From Escherichia coli (GTDB taxonomy: Bacteria > Pseudomonadota > Gammaproteobacteria > Enterobacterales > Enterobacteriaceae): a stretch of 64,000 nt of DNA. The stretch lies in the NCBI RefSeq assembly GCF_003334335.1, contig NZ_QOWQ01000017.1. The stretch is one strand, 5' to 3'. Each line of letters opens with the position of its first letter. Positions within the stretch are counted from its first letter, which is position 1. The position numbers and the translations under genes are program-made. Shown in pieces: positions 36,704 through 48,593 of this stretch. The notes under the pieces were generated by a model. The model was given only the letters and a program-made list of their open reading frames with translations, was not told the origin of the DNA and did no database searches.

Positions 36704-37924
36704 ATGTCTATTTATAAAATTCCTCTTCCGCTCAATATTCTGGAAGCTGCACGAGAGCGTATTACCTGGACACTCAACACCCTACCCCGCGTTTGTGTCT
36801 CATTTTCTGGCGGCAAAGACTCTGGTTTAATGCTGCATCTGACAGCCGAACTTGCCCGACAAATGGGCAAAAAAATCTGCGTTTTGTTTATCGACTGGGA
36901 GGCGCAATTCTCTTGCACCATTAACTATGTTCAGTCCCTGCGCGAGTTGTACACCGATGTCATCGAAGAGTTTTACTGGGTTGCGCTCCCGCTTACGACG
37001 CAAAATTCCCTTTCACAATACCAACCCGAATGGCAGTGCTGGGAACCTGATGTCGAATGGGTACGTCAACCTCCCCAAGATGCGATAACCGACCCTGACT
37101 TTTTCTCCTTTTACCAGCCAGGCATGACCTTCGAACAATTTGTACGTGAGTTTGCCGAATGGTTTTCACAAAAACGTCCGGCGGCGATGATGATCGGCAT
37201 CCGTGCGGATGAGTCCTACAACCGTTTTGTCGCCATCGCCAGTTTAAATAAACAACGTTTTGCCGACGATAAACCCTGGACTACGGCCGCACCAGGCGGT
37301 CATAGCTGGTACATTTACCCCATTTACGACTGGAAAGTGGCTGATATCTGGACCTGGTATGCAAATCATCAAAGTCTCTGCAACCCACTGTATAACCTAA
37401 TGTATCAGGCAGGCGTTCCTCTGCGTCATATGCGAATTTGCGAACCTTTTGGCCCGGAGCAACGACAAGGATTATGGCTCTATCACGTTATCGAACCGGA
37501 TCGCTGGGCTGCTATGTGCGCACGAGTCAGCGGGGTAAAAAGTGGCGGCATTTACGCCGGACATGACAATCATTTCTATGGGCATCGGAAAATCCTCAAG
37601 CCAGAACATTTAGACTGGCAAGAATATGCATTATTGCTGCTCAATAGCATGCCGGAAAAAACAGCTGAGCATTACCGCAATAAAATCGCCATTTATTTGC
37701 ACTGGTATCAGAAAAAAGGCATCGAGGTTCCACAAACCCAGCAAGGGGACATTGGCGCGAAAGATATCCCCTCCTGGCGGCGGATATGCAAAGTTTTACT
37801 CAATAACGATTACTGGTGTCGGGCATTATCATTTAGCCCCACAAAATCGAAGAACTATCAGCGTTATAACGAACGGATAAAAGGAAAACGTCAGGAATGG
37901 GGGATACTATGCAACAACGATTAA
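36704..37924 (+). CDS. ybdN: PAPS-reductase-like PP-loop protein (IbrA-like)
   Basis: 406-aa ORF; SGGKDS PP-loop motif at residues 35-40. Confidence 0.88.
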   Translation: MSIYKIPLPLNILEAARERITWTLNTLPRVCVSFSGGKDSGLMLHLTAELARQMGKKICVLFIDWEAQFSCTINYVQSLRELYTDVIEEFYWVALPLTTQNSLSQYQPEWQCWEPDVEWVRQPPQDAITDPDFFSFYQPGMTFEQFVREFAEWFSQKRPAAMMIGIRADESYNRFVAIASLNKQRFADDKPWTTAAPGGHSWYIYPIYDWKVADIWTWYANHQSLCNPLYNLMYQAGVPLRHMRICEPFGPEQRQGLWLYHVIEPDRWAAMCARVSGVKSGGIYAGHDNHFYGHRKILKPEHLDWQEYALLLLNSMPEKTAEHYRNKIAIYLHWYQKKGIEVPQTQQGDIGAKDIPSWRRICKVLLNNDYWCRALSFSPTKSKNYQRYNERIKGKRQEWGILCNND

Positions 37925-38526
37925 CGCAGGATTTAACGCAATTTCTCGCCAGCTTGCCGGAAGATGATCGCATCAAAGCGATTAATGAAATCCGCATGGC
38001 GATCCATCAGGTTAGCCCCTTTCGTGAAGAGCCAGTGGATTGCGTTCTGTGGGTTAAAAACAGCCAACTTATGCCTAATGATTACAACCCAAACAACGTG
38101 GCACCACCCGAAAAAAAACTGCTGCAAAAATCCATTGAAATAGATGGTTTTACCCAACCCATTGTGGTCACACATACGGATAAAAATGCCATGGAAATCG
38201 TGGATGGTTTTCACCGCCATGAAATTGGTAAAGGCTCATCATCATTAAAATTACGCTTAAAAGGTTATTTGCCGGTGACCTGTCTGGAAGGTACGCGTAA
38301 TCAACGCATCGCCGCGACTATTCGTCATAATCGCGCTCGTGGACGCCATCAAATCACCGCCATGTCGGAAATCGTCCGTGAACTTAGCCAGTTGGGATGG
38401 GACGATAATAAAATTGGCAAAGAGCTGGGAATGGACAGCGACGAAGTGCTGCGCCTGAAGCAAATTAACGGCCTGCAAGAGTTGTTTGCCGACCGTCAAT
38501 ATTCCCGCGCCTGGACGGTTAAATAG
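37897..38526 (+). CDS. ybdM: ParB/Srx-like nuclease-domain protein (IbrB-like)
   Basis: 209-aa ORF overlapping ybdN by 28 nt; ParB-like motifs LLQKSIEIDGFTQPIVV and IVDGFHRHE. Confidence 0.88.
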   Translation: MGDTMQQRLTQDLTQFLASLPEDDRIKAINEIRMAIHQVSPFREEPVDCVLWVKNSQLMPNDYNPNNVAPPEKKLLQKSIEIDGFTQPIVVTHTDKNAMEIVDGFHRHEIGKGSSSLKLRLKGYLPVTCLEGTRNQRIAATIRHNRARGRHQITAMSEIVRELSQLGWDDNKIGKELGMDSDEVLRLKQINGLQELFADRQYSRAWTVK

Positions 38527-39687
38527 CTAAAGCTGGCGCAGGCGTTCAGCTGCTGCCAGCAACGTCGATTCCTTCTTGGCAAAACAGAGACGAATCAGTT
38601 TATGTGGGAAGGGATCGGCGCAAAACACCGACAGCGGAATCGCCGCTACGCCGTGCTCCTGCGTCAGCCACTGGCAAAACTCAACATCATCCAGGGTAGA
38701 AACCGCGCTGTAATCCACCAGCAAAAAGTATGTACCTTCACACGGTAAAATCTCCAGCCGGCTTTCATTTAAAGCATTCACCAGAATATCGCGCTTCTGG
38801 CGATAAAAGTCCGGTAACGCAAGATAATGCTCAGGTTCTGCACGTAGCATATCAGCAAGCGCCAGCTGTGCCGGGGTATTCACCGAAAAGGTCAGATACT
38901 GATGTACCTTGCGAATTTCGGCGCTGATGGGCGCTGGCGCAACACAATAACCCACTTTCCAGCCGGTCATATGATAGGTCTTGCCAAATGAAGAAACCGC
39001 CACTGCCCGCTCACGCAGCTGCGGATGCGCCAGCACACTGGCATGGCCCTGTTGTGAAAAGTTGATGTGCTCGTAGACTTCATCGCTAATGACAAAAATC
39101 TCGTGCCCGGCGATCGCCTGCCACAAAGCGGCGAAATCAGCCTGCTGCCAGACAGTTGCACTGGGGTTATGCGGAGTGTTGAGGATCACCAGTCTGGTGC
39201 GCTCGCTTAATAATGCGGCAAATTCCTGCCAGTCAACGCGAAAATGCGGTGGTTGCAGTGCCATACGCTTCACTATTCCCCCAGAAAGCGCGATGGCGGG
39301 GGCGTAACTGTCATAGCTGGGATCAAAACAAATCACTTCATCGCCATTGCGCACCAGTGCGGTAATCGCCGCGTATAACGCTTCCGTCGCCCCTGCCGTT
39401 ACGGTGATATCGCTATCGGCATCTGGTTGATAGCCATACAAACGTTCCGTTTTCTGAGCAATCGCCTCGCGCAAGGCCTGCACGCCGGTCATGGGCGCGT
39501 ATTGGTTTGCCCCCTGTGCAACGTGGTGCGCCAGCCGCTCCTGTAAATAGCGCGGACCATCAAAATCAGGAAAGCCTTGCGACAGGTTAATCGCCTGGTG
39601 TTGCTGCGCCAGCGCGCTCATCTGGGTGAAAATAGTGGTGCCAAGTTGTGGAAGTTTGCTTTGTGGAATCAGAGGGTTATTTGTCAT
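38527..39687 (-). CDS. ybdL: PLP-dependent methionine aminotransferase
   Basis: 386-aa ORF, aminotransferase class I fold motifs (SFGKT). Confidence 0.9.
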   Translation of the reverse strand: MTNNPLIPQSKLPQLGTTIFTQMSALAQQHQAINLSQGFPDFDGPRYLQERLAHHVAQGANQYAPMTGVQALREAIAQKTERLYGYQPDADSDITVTAGATEALYAAITALVRNGDEVICFDPSYDSYAPAIALSGGIVKRMALQPPHFRVDWQEFAALLSERTRLVILNTPHNPSATVWQQADFAALWQAIAGHEIFVISDEVYEHINFSQQGHASVLAHPQLRERAVAVSSFGKTYHMTGWKVGYCVAPAPISAEIRKVHQYLTFSVNTPAQLALADMLRAEPEHYLALPDFYRQKRDILVNALNESRLEILPCEGTYFLLVDYSAVSTLDDVEFCQWLTQEHGVAAIPLSVFCADPFPHKLIRLCFAKKESTLLAAAERLRQL

Positions 39688-39795
39688 TTTTATTGTACCT
39701 GACGAAGTTGCGTGTTGAAGGCACTATAACACGATGCTAGTATTTGGCAATCAAGACGTTTAGATGTCTAAATAAAACAATAAGGACAACACAAC

Positions 39796-40884
39796 ATGCC
39801 TCACAATCCTATCCGCGTGGTCGTCGGCCCGGCTAACTACTTTTCACATCCAGGAAGTTTCAATCACCTGCACGATTTTTTCACTGATGAACAACTTTCT
39901 CGCGCGGTGTGGATCTACGGCAAACGCGCCATTGCTGCGGCGCAAACCAAACTTCCGCCAGCGTTTGGACTGCCAGGGGCAAAGCATATTTTGTTTCGCG
40001 GTCATTGCAGCGAAAGCGATGTACAACAACTGGCGGCTGAGTCCGGTGACGACCGCAGCGTGGTGATTGGCGTCGGTGGCGGTGCACTGCTCGACACCGC
40101 GAAAGCCCTCGCCCGCCGTCTCGGTCTGCCGTTTGTTGCCGTTCCGACGATCGCCGCCACCTGCGCCGCCTGGACACCGCTCTCCGTCTGGTATAATGAT
40201 GCCGGACAGGCGCTGCATTATGAGATTTTCGACGACGCCAATTTTATGGTGCTGGTGGAACCGGAGATTATCCTCAATGCACCGCAACAATATCTGCTGG
40301 CGGGGATCGGTGACACGCTGGCGAAATGGTATGAAGCGGTGGTGCTGGCTCCGCAACCAGAAACGTTGCCGCTAACCGTGCGACTGGGGATCAATAATGC
40401 GCAAGCCATTCGCGACGTCTTGTTAAACAGTAGCGAACAGGCGCTGAGCGATCAGCAAAATCAACAGTTAACGCAATCATTTTGCGATGTGGTGGATGCT
40501 ATTATTGCTGGTGGTGGGATGGTTGGTGGTCTGGGCGATCGTTTTACGCGTGTGGCGGCAGCTCATGCCGTGCATAACGGTCTGACCGTGCTGCCGCAAA
40601 CCGAGAAGTTTCTCCACGGCACCAAAGTCGCCTACGGAATTCTGGTGCAAAGCGCCTTGCTGGGTCAGGATGATGTGCTGGCGCAATTAACTGGAGCGTA
40701 TCAGCGTTTTCATCTGCCGACTACACTGGCGGAGCTGGAAGTGGATATCAATAATCAGGCGGAGATCGACAAAGTGATTGCCCACACCCTGCGTCCGGTG
40801 GAGTCCATTCATTACCTGCCAGTCACGCTGACACCAGATACGTTGCGTGCAGCGTTCAAAAAAGTGGAATCGTTTAAAGCCTGA
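39796..40884 (+). CDS. ybdH: Glycerol-dehydrogenase-family hydroxycarboxylate dehydrogenase
   Basis: 362-aa ORF, iron-containing ADH family (GVGGGALLDTAKA). Confidence 0.88.
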   Translation: MPHNPIRVVVGPANYFSHPGSFNHLHDFFTDEQLSRAVWIYGKRAIAAAQTKLPPAFGLPGAKHILFRGHCSESDVQQLAAESGDDRSVVIGVGGGALLDTAKALARRLGLPFVAVPTIAATCAAWTPLSVWYNDAGQALHYEIFDDANFMVLVEPEIILNAPQQYLLAGIGDTLAKWYEAVVLAPQPETLPLTVRLGINNAQAIRDVLLNSSEQALSDQQNQQLTQSFCDVVDAIIAGGGMVGGLGDRFTRVAAAHAVHNGLTVLPQTEKFLHGTKVAYGILVQSALLGQDDVLAQLTGAYQRFHLPTTLAELEVDINNQAEIDKVIAHTLRPVESIHYLPVTLTPDTLRAAFKKVESFKA

Positions 40885-40893
40885 CGTACAAAT

Positions 40894-41091
40894 TTAGCAG
40901 CAGCGCGCGCCGCCTTTTCCACCGTAGCGCGCGTCCTGCCGCTCACGGAAAAACTCTTCGTAGGTCATCGGCGTTTGATCGGGATGGTTAACCCGCATAT
41001 GTTCGACATAGTTGTCGTAATCAGGCATACCAATCATCAGCTTCGCCGCCTGACCTAAATATTTTCCGGCTTTTGCCAGTGAATCAAACAT
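40894..41091 (-). CDS. ybdD: Small DUF466 protein encoded downstream of cstA
   Basis: 65-aa [35 protein letters not shown]... Confidence 0.85.
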   Translation of the reverse strand: MFDSLAKAGKYLGQAAKLMIGMPDYDNYVEHMRVNHPDQTPMTYEEFFRERQDARYGGKGGARCC

Positions 41092-41124
41092 CTTGGCCTC
41101 CGCTAACCATGTTGCTGAAAGAGT

Positions 41125-41159
41125 GCCGGATGCGGCGTGAACGCCTTATCCGGCCTACA
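41125..41159. repeat. REP (repetitive extragenic palindromic) element
   Basis: GCCGGATGCGGCGTGAACGCCTTATCCGGCCTACA, the same sequence as at 63059. Confidence 0.85.
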
Positions 41160-41184
41160 AATGCTATCAACGCGCTCGGTCAGT

Positions 41185-41235
41185 CCCCTCGCCCCACCGG
41201 GGAGAGGGTTAGGGTGAGAGGGAACCCTGGGCACT
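41185..41235. repeat. GC-rich intergenic repeat (box C-like), copy 1
   Basis: cccctcgccccaccggggagagggttagggtgagaggg; near-identical to the units at 48594-48633 and 48658-48699. Confidence 0.6.
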
Positions 41236-41273
41236 AAGCCAACATTCGCCAACATCCCCCCCTCACTCTGACT

Positions 41274-43379
41274 TTAGTGTGCGCCTTTTGCCTGCGCCAC
41301 GATCTCCTCGACATTTTCCGGCATTGGTTCATACGGCGTTTCTTTCGCCGTTGGCTTCGGATCTTTCAATGCCGCAAGTGCCGTCTTAATCGAGAACAGT
41401 GCCAGAACCACCACGACCACCATAAAGAAGATGGTTAACCCGGCATCCAGACGGTTGTTGAACACCAGTTGCGCCAGCTGTGACTCAGTATACTGCGACG
41501 GAATATTGCCGCTGTCGATCATTGCCTGGAACTTATTAGCAATGGCCAGGAAGCCGACTTTCGCATCCGGGCTAAACGCTTTCTGCCAGCCTGCGGTCAG
41601 GGTACAAATCAGCAGCCAGGCCGTTGGTACCAGCGCCACCCAGGCGTAACGTTGACGTTTCATCTTGAACAACACCACGGCACAGAGCATCAGCGCCATC
41701 CCTGCCAGCATCTGGTTGGCAATACCAAACAGCGGCCACAGAGTGTTAATGCCGCCCAGCGGATCGACCACGCCCTGATGGAGGAAGTAGCCCCACGCCA
41801 GTACGCACAGCGCTGTTGCCAGCAGGTTAGCAGGCAGTGAATCGGTCCGCTTCAGGCCAGGAGACACCACGCCCAGCAGATCCTGCAACATAAAGCGCGC
41901 AGCACGCGTACCTGCATCCACCGCCGTCAGAATAAACAGTGCTTCAAACAAAATGGCGAAGTGATACCAGAACGCCACATCCATCATGCCGCCCAGCGCG
42001 CCGTGCAGAATGTAGGCCATCCCCACCGCCAGCGTCGGCGCACCGCCCGCACGGGAAATGATCGACTGTTCACCCACTTCGCTGGCAATCTGGTTTAGCG
42101 TATCTGGTGTAATGCTAAAGCCCCAGCTACTCACCACCTGCGCGGCAGAAGCGACCACATCCGCCGTCCCTGCCGGAGCCAGCACCGCCATCGGGCTGTT
42201 CATGGCAAAATACACGCCCGGATCGATGATACAGGCGGAAACCAGCGCCATAATCGCCACGAAGGATTCCATTAACATCCCACCGTAGCCGATAAAGCAC
42301 GCCTGCCCTTCGTTCGCCAGCATCTTCGGCGTGGTCCCAGAAGAGATCAGCGCATGGAAGCCAGACACCGCGCCACAGGCGATGGTGATAAACAGGAACG
42401 GGAACAGGTTACCGGTCCATACCGGGCCAGTGCCATCGACAAATTTGGTCAGCGCAGGCATGGTCAGCGTCGGGCGCATAATCAAAATGCCTACCGCCAG
42501 ACCGACGATAGTCCCGATTTTCAGGAAGGTAGAGAGGTAGTCACGCGGGGCCAGCAGTAACCACACCGGCAGCACCGCCGCCACAAAACCGTAACCCACC
42601 AGCATCCAGGTCAACTGCACGCCGGTAAAGTCAAAGTACGGTGCCCAGGTCGGACTTTCTGCCACCCAGCCGCCAGAGATAATGGCGAAAATCAGGAATA
42701 CCAGACCGATGACCGACACTTCGCCAATACGCCCCGGACGCAGATAGCGCAGGTAGATCCCCATAAACAGCGCCAGCGGAATGGTGAACGCAACGGTATA
42801 TGTTCCCCACGGGCTATGAGTCAGGGCTTTCACCACGATCATCGCCAGCACTGCAAGGATAATGACCATGATCATAAAGCAGGCCACCAGCGCAATCACC
42901 CCGGCGGTTGGCCCCATCTCTTCTTTGACCAGCTCACCCAGCGAGCGACCGTCACGGCGCGTAGAAACAAACAGCACCATGAAATCCTGCACCGCACCGG
43001 CGAGAACCACCCCAGCGAGCAGCCAGATCATCCCCGGCAGGTAGCCCATTTGCGCCGCCAGTACCGGCCCCACCAGCGGACCTGCTCCGGCAATGGCCGC
43101 AAAATGGTGACCGAACAGCACTTTCTTGTCCGTCGGCACATAGTCCAGCCCGTCGTTATGGCGCACCGCTGGCGTCATACGCGTCGGGTCAACCGCCAGC
43201 ACATTTTTGGCGATATACAGCCCATAAAAACGGTAAGCGATCAGATAGATACAGACCGACGCCACCACAATCCACAGCGCGTTGATCTGTTCCCCACGAT
43301 TTAAAGCAATGTATCCCAGAGCAAATGCTCCCATTACAGAGAGCACTGTCCAGACGAGGTATTTCCCTGATTTGTTCAT
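41274..43379 (-). CDS. cstA: Carbon starvation protein A (CstA-family peptide/pyruvate transporter)
   Basis: 701-aa polytopic membrane ORF, recognised. Confidence 0.95.
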   Translation of the reverse strand: MNKSGKYLVWTVLSVMGAFALGYIALNRGEQINALWIVVASVCIYLIAYRFYGLYIAKNVLAVDPTRMTPAVRHNDGLDYVPTDKKVLFGHHFAAIAGAGPLVGPVLAAQMGYLPGMIWLLAGVVLAGAVQDFMVLFVSTRRDGRSLGELVKEEMGPTAGVIALVACFMIMVIILAVLAMIVVKALTHSPWGTYTVAFTIPLALFMGIYLRYLRPGRIGEVSVIGLVFLIFAIISGGWVAESPTWAPYFDFTGVQLTWMLVGYGFVAAVLPVWLLLAPRDYLSTFLKIGTIVGLAVGILIMRPTLTMPALTKFVDGTGPVWTGNLFPFLFITIACGAVSGFHALISSGTTPKMLANEGQACFIGYGGMLMESFVAIMALVSACIIDPGVYFAMNSPMAVLAPAGTADVVASAAQVVSSWGFSITPDTLNQIASEVGEQSIISRAGGAPTLAVGMAYILHGALGGMMDVAFWYHFAILFEALFILTAVDAGTRAARFMLQDLLGVVSPGLKRTDSLPANLLATALCVLAWGYFLHQGVVDPLGGINTLWPLFGIANQMLAGMALMLCAVVLFKMKRQRYAWVALVPTAWLLICTLTAGWQKAFSPDAKVGFLAIANKFQAMIDSGNIPSQYTESQLAQLVFNNRLDAGLTIFFMVVVVVLALFSIKTALAALKDPKPTAKETPYEPMPENVEEIVAQAKGAH

Positions 43380-43499
43380 AGTTGTTATCCGTGTGCGTGT
43401 CCATAGAGATGTTACATTTTGTTTCTATAACATCTTTGTACAATTTAACAACACAGCAACCATGTAAATCGGAGTTGAAACCAATATTTAACTTAACAA

Positions 43500-43515
43500 T
43501 GTTAACTCGATCACT
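43500..43515. promoter_or_regulatory. Candidate CRP site upstream of cstA
   Basis: tgttaactcgatcact resembles TGTGA-N6-TCACA; cstA is known to be cAMP-CRP dependent. Confidence 0.3.
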
Positions 43516-43559
43516 CCGTTAACCGAGTTTTCCTGCAATCTCATCTAATTCTGTCGGGT

Positions 43560-44721
<1,162 letters not shown>

Positions 44722-44722
<1 letters not shown>

Positions 44723-45579
44723 TATTTCACCTCGCGGGAGAGTAGCTTCCACCAGGCGTCGATGGTCGGGTTTTTCGCCAGCATGACAAAGTCGATATCA
44801 CCATGCACTTTGCGCCAGCGCGCCGCCAGCGCCATCATGCGCACCGAATCCAGACCGTAGTCGATCAGGTTGTCGTCATCGAACGGTTCATCGGACTCGT
44901 CCAGCAACGGCAGGATCACCTCACGCAGCGCCGCTTTGCTGGCGGGGATAGGTGCTGGCAGTAATTCTTCAGTCATCACCACCCGGCCAGAACGTCCGGC
45001 CACATATTTCAGCGACATCAAATGCTCGTCACGGCTGAAATCGGCCAGCGCATCCGCCACCATAAACGGTTTAATATCGCGCATAAATGCGTCGGTTGCG
45101 GTGGTCATACAGCCAATGTGGGCATATACCCCGGTAATAATCAGCTGGTTACGTCCACTCTCTTTCAGCATTTGCTCCAGCGGAGAACGATGAAACGCGC
45201 TGTAGCGCCACTTCACCAGCACCGTGTCGTCGGCATCTGGCGTCAGGCGATCCACCACCTTTTGCTGTTCCGGCGAGCGGGTCAGGCCCGGCCCCCACAT
45301 ATCATTCAACAGCGCCCGATCTTCATCGCTCTGCTCTTTCGGCTGGGCGGTGTAATAAACCGGGATATTGTGCTGTTTGCAGTAGTCGCGCAGCGCAGCA
45401 ATATTCGCGATCACCTGCTCCATCATCGGGCAGTTCTCGCCCCAGAAGCTGACAAAATAGTCCTGCATATCATGGATTAACAACGCGGCACGTTGCGGTT
45501 CAAAGGCCCAGTCAACTTTATTCTGCGGAATATCGTGAGACTCCGGCAGTGCGTAAGCCTGTAATTTTGGAATAGCCAT
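44722..45579 (-). CDS. entB: Isochorismatase / aryl carrier protein
   Basis: 285-aa ORF. Confidence 0.95.
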
Positions 45580-45592
45580 CGTGTTCTCTCCT

Positions 45593-47203
45593 TCAGGCTG
45601 ATGCGCGTGACGCCAGCCACTGACGTAATTGTTTTTTATCGACTTTCCCGACCGCCGTCAGCGGAAGTGAATCCACACACTCCACGCGATCCGGTAATTT
45701 AAATTCGGCAATACCCTGTTCACGCAGGAAACGACGCACCTGCACCGCGCGCAGCGGCTCTTTTACCACCAGATAAGCGCAGCTTTTTTCGCCCATCAGC
45801 TCATCTTCCATGCTCACCAGTGCGGCGTAGATCACCGCCGGGTGGCGCAGCAGCAGGTTTTCGATCTCTTCGGCAGCGATCTTCTCGCCGCCACGGTTAA
45901 TCTGATCTTTCTCGCGCCCCTGCACGGTGATGTAACCCTCTGGATCAATAGAGATCAGATCGCCGGAACAGTAAAAACCGTTGGCATCAAAGGCGCTGGC
46001 ATTGTGCTGTGGACTTTTGTAATAGCCGCGGAAGGTGTACGGCCCGCGCGTCATCAGGCGTCCGACTTCCCCTTGCGGCAGTGGATTTCCTTCGGCATCG
46101 GCAACCCATACTTCGTCATCCGGACACATTGGGTAACCCTGGGTATGGATAATTTTCTCCGCGCTATCATCAAGTCGGGTGTAGTTCACCAGCCCTTCCG
46201 CCATGCCAAACACCTGCTGCAACTGACAGCCAATCTCAGCGGGAATACGCGCCGCAAGGGTGGCAGAAAGACGTGCGCCGCCGACCTGTAACAGTTTCAG
46301 CGAGGCAAGCTGCGCCCGGCTTTCGCCTTCGATCAGCGCCTGCAACCACAGGCTGACTGCGGGTGGCACCAGCGCGGTAACGTTAACCTGATGTTTTTCA
46401 ATCAATGGGAAACAGAGCGTGGCGCTGGGATCGGCCGCCAGAACAACCGTTCCTCCGGCAAGAAAGACGCCCAGCGATCCTGGCGAACTCATGGCGTAGT
46501 TATGAGCCGCCGGGATCGCGCACAGGTAGCGTGTCTGTTGTGTGAACTGACAAATCTCGACGCTACGACGCACGCTGTAGTAGTAGTCGTTATGAGTGCG
46601 CGGGATCAGTTTCGGTGTGCCGGTGGTGCCACCGGAAAGCTGGAAATAGGCCACTTCATCAGCAGGTGATGGCGTGGCAGTAAAATCCTCAGCCGGATGG
46701 TTAATCGCATCCTGCAAGTTATGCTCACCGCTGTCGTTGAGCAGTTGCACCACGCGAATGGAGGAATGTTCTGTGACGAAAGTATTGAGGAAATCATCCC
46801 CGCTAAACAGCGCATGTTGGCGATCGGCAATCAGCAATGCGGGTTCAATCTGGCTGGCATAGGCGTTCAGTTCACTACGCTGATGGCTGAACAACGCCAG
46901 CACCGGCGCAACGCCCAGTTTCAGCAGCGCGAAAAAGGTAATATACAATTCAGCGACGTTACCCAGTTGTACCAGCGCGGTTTCACCAGGTTTAATGCCC
47001 TGACGGCGTAAACTACACGCGAGGTTATCCGCCGCCTGATTCAGCTCCCGATAACTCAACTGTCGCTCGCCGTCGATAACCGCGATGCTGTCACTCGCAG
47101 CATGTCGCGTCAGAATGTCGGTCAGCGGCAAATCCTGCCAGTAGCCTTTTTCCCGATAGCGACGGGCAAACTCTTCCGGCCAGCGGGTGAATGGAATGCT
47201 CAT
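45593..47203 (-). CDS. entE: 2,3-dihydroxybenzoate-AMP ligase
   Basis: 536-aa ORF, adenylation-domain motifs (SGGTTGTPK). Confidence 0.95.
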   Translation of the reverse strand: MSIPFTRWPEEFARRYREKGYWQDLPLTDILTRHAASDSIAVIDGERQLSYRELNQAADNLACSLRRQGIKPGETALVQLGNVAELYITFFALLKLGVAPVLALFSHQRSELNAYASQIEPALLIADRQHALFSGDDFLNTFVTEHSSIRVVQLLNDSGEHNLQDAINHPAEDFTATPSPADEVAYFQLSGGTTGTPKLIPRTHNDYYYSVRRSVEICQFTQQTRYLCAIPAAHNYAMSSPGSLGVFLAGGTVVLAADPSATLCFPLIEKHQVNVTALVPPAVSLWLQALIEGESRAQLASLKLLQVGGARLSATLAARIPAEIGCQLQQVFGMAEGLVNYTRLDDSAEKIIHTQGYPMCPDDEVWVADAEGNPLPQGEVGRLMTRGPYTFRGYYKSPQHNASAFDANGFYCSGDLISIDPEGYITVQGREKDQINRGGEKIAAEEIENLLLRHPAVIYAALVSMEDELMGEKSCAYLVVKEPLRAVQVRRFLREQGIAEFKLPDRVECVDSLPLTAVGKVDKKQLRQWLASRASA

Positions 47204-47212
47204 CCTCGCTCC

Positions 47213-48388
47213 TTAATGCAATCCAAAAACGTTCAACATGGTAGAAAGTTTGACGCCTGTTTCGCGCCACTCACCCAACGGTGACGACGCAGGCACAATC
47301 CCCGCTCCGGCAAACAGACGCACCTGATTTTCCCGCAGCTTCGCGCAGCGGATGGTCACCACCCATTCGCCGTTACCTTCGCTGTCACACCAACCCACAA
47401 TGCCGCCAAACAGTTCGCGGTCGAACGGTTCCAGTTCAGCAATAACCTGGGTCGCGGCCTGATGCGGGAAACCGCTCAGCGCGGGGGTCGGATGCAGCAG
47501 ACAGGCCAGAGTCAGTGCGTTTTCTTGCGAATTCGCTTTACCTTCAAAGGGAGTTGCGAGATGCCACAGCGTCGGCGTGGTGATCAGCTGTGGAGAAGAA
47601 GGAACGTGTAACTCACTACTGCGTTCGCGCAGTACCTCTTTCATCGCCTGAGTCACCAGTTCATGTTCATGGCGATCTTTTTCTGACGCCAGCAGACGAT
47701 TACCTGCTTCGCGATCGAGCACTTCATCCGGCTGACGACGCGCGGAACCGGCTAACGGAATGGAGCTAAAACGCTCGCCGTCTTTACGTAGCAGCAGTTC
47801 CGGGCTGGCCCCCAGCAGGACGCCACCATCAGCCAGCGGAACATGGAAGTTGTAACTAACCGGGTTTTGCGCAATCAACCGTTCCAGCAATACGCCACTA
47901 TCAATGGCGGCGTCAGTGGTGATATCAATCAACCGTGACAACACCACTTTGTCGACCTGCGGCGTGGCGGTAAGTGCGGCGGCGCGGGCAACCATCTGTT
48001 CAAACGTGGTTTGCTCCGGAATTGCCTGGCGTTCCACCACATTCAGCGACTGGCTGCGGGTGAAACGGCGTGCGGAAGCTTGTTTTTCCTGACGGGAGAA
48101 CGACTGCCAGGATTCAGGAATATACAGCGACGAAGGCTGACGTGGATCGAAGGGAATCGCCCCGACCATCACCGGATTTTTGATGCCCTGCGCTTTGGCA
48201 TCGGCAAACAGCGCGGCGAGTTTTTGCTGGAAGGGACTGTCGGGCGAATCCCCGTTCACAGCCGGTTCATCGAAGCGGGCGAAACATCCTGACGTCGTAA
48301 AACTGCGGTACGGCGACATAAAGAAAAAGCGATTGGGCGCAAGTGTTGCCATGGTCTGCTGTACTTCCTCAGCCAGTGACGTATCCAT
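47213..48388 (-). CDS. entC: Isochorismate synthase
   Basis: ORF 47213..48400; start at 48388 gives 391 aa [11 protein letters not shown]... Confidence 0.93.
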
Positions 48389-48401
48389 ATCATCCTCCAC
48401 A

Positions 48402-48437
48402 AAATGATAAAGGCTTTAATAATGATTATCATTTATA
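48402..48437. promoter_or_regulatory. Fur box in the entC/fepB divergent promoter region
   Basis: aaatgataaaggctttaataatgattatcatttat resembles GATAATGATAATCATTATC. Confidence 0.75.
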
Positions 48438-48593
48438 TTTTCGGTCGCTAACCTAAAAGCAAACGCGCACTATGTCAACTCTTGAGGTAACGCAATCTGC
48501 AACTCGGGGTTGCATCTGGTTGTGGTTACAATGAAAATGAGAAGCATTATTGATGGATTCGCATAAGCGCAATGTGATGTCCTGCGCCGTTCT

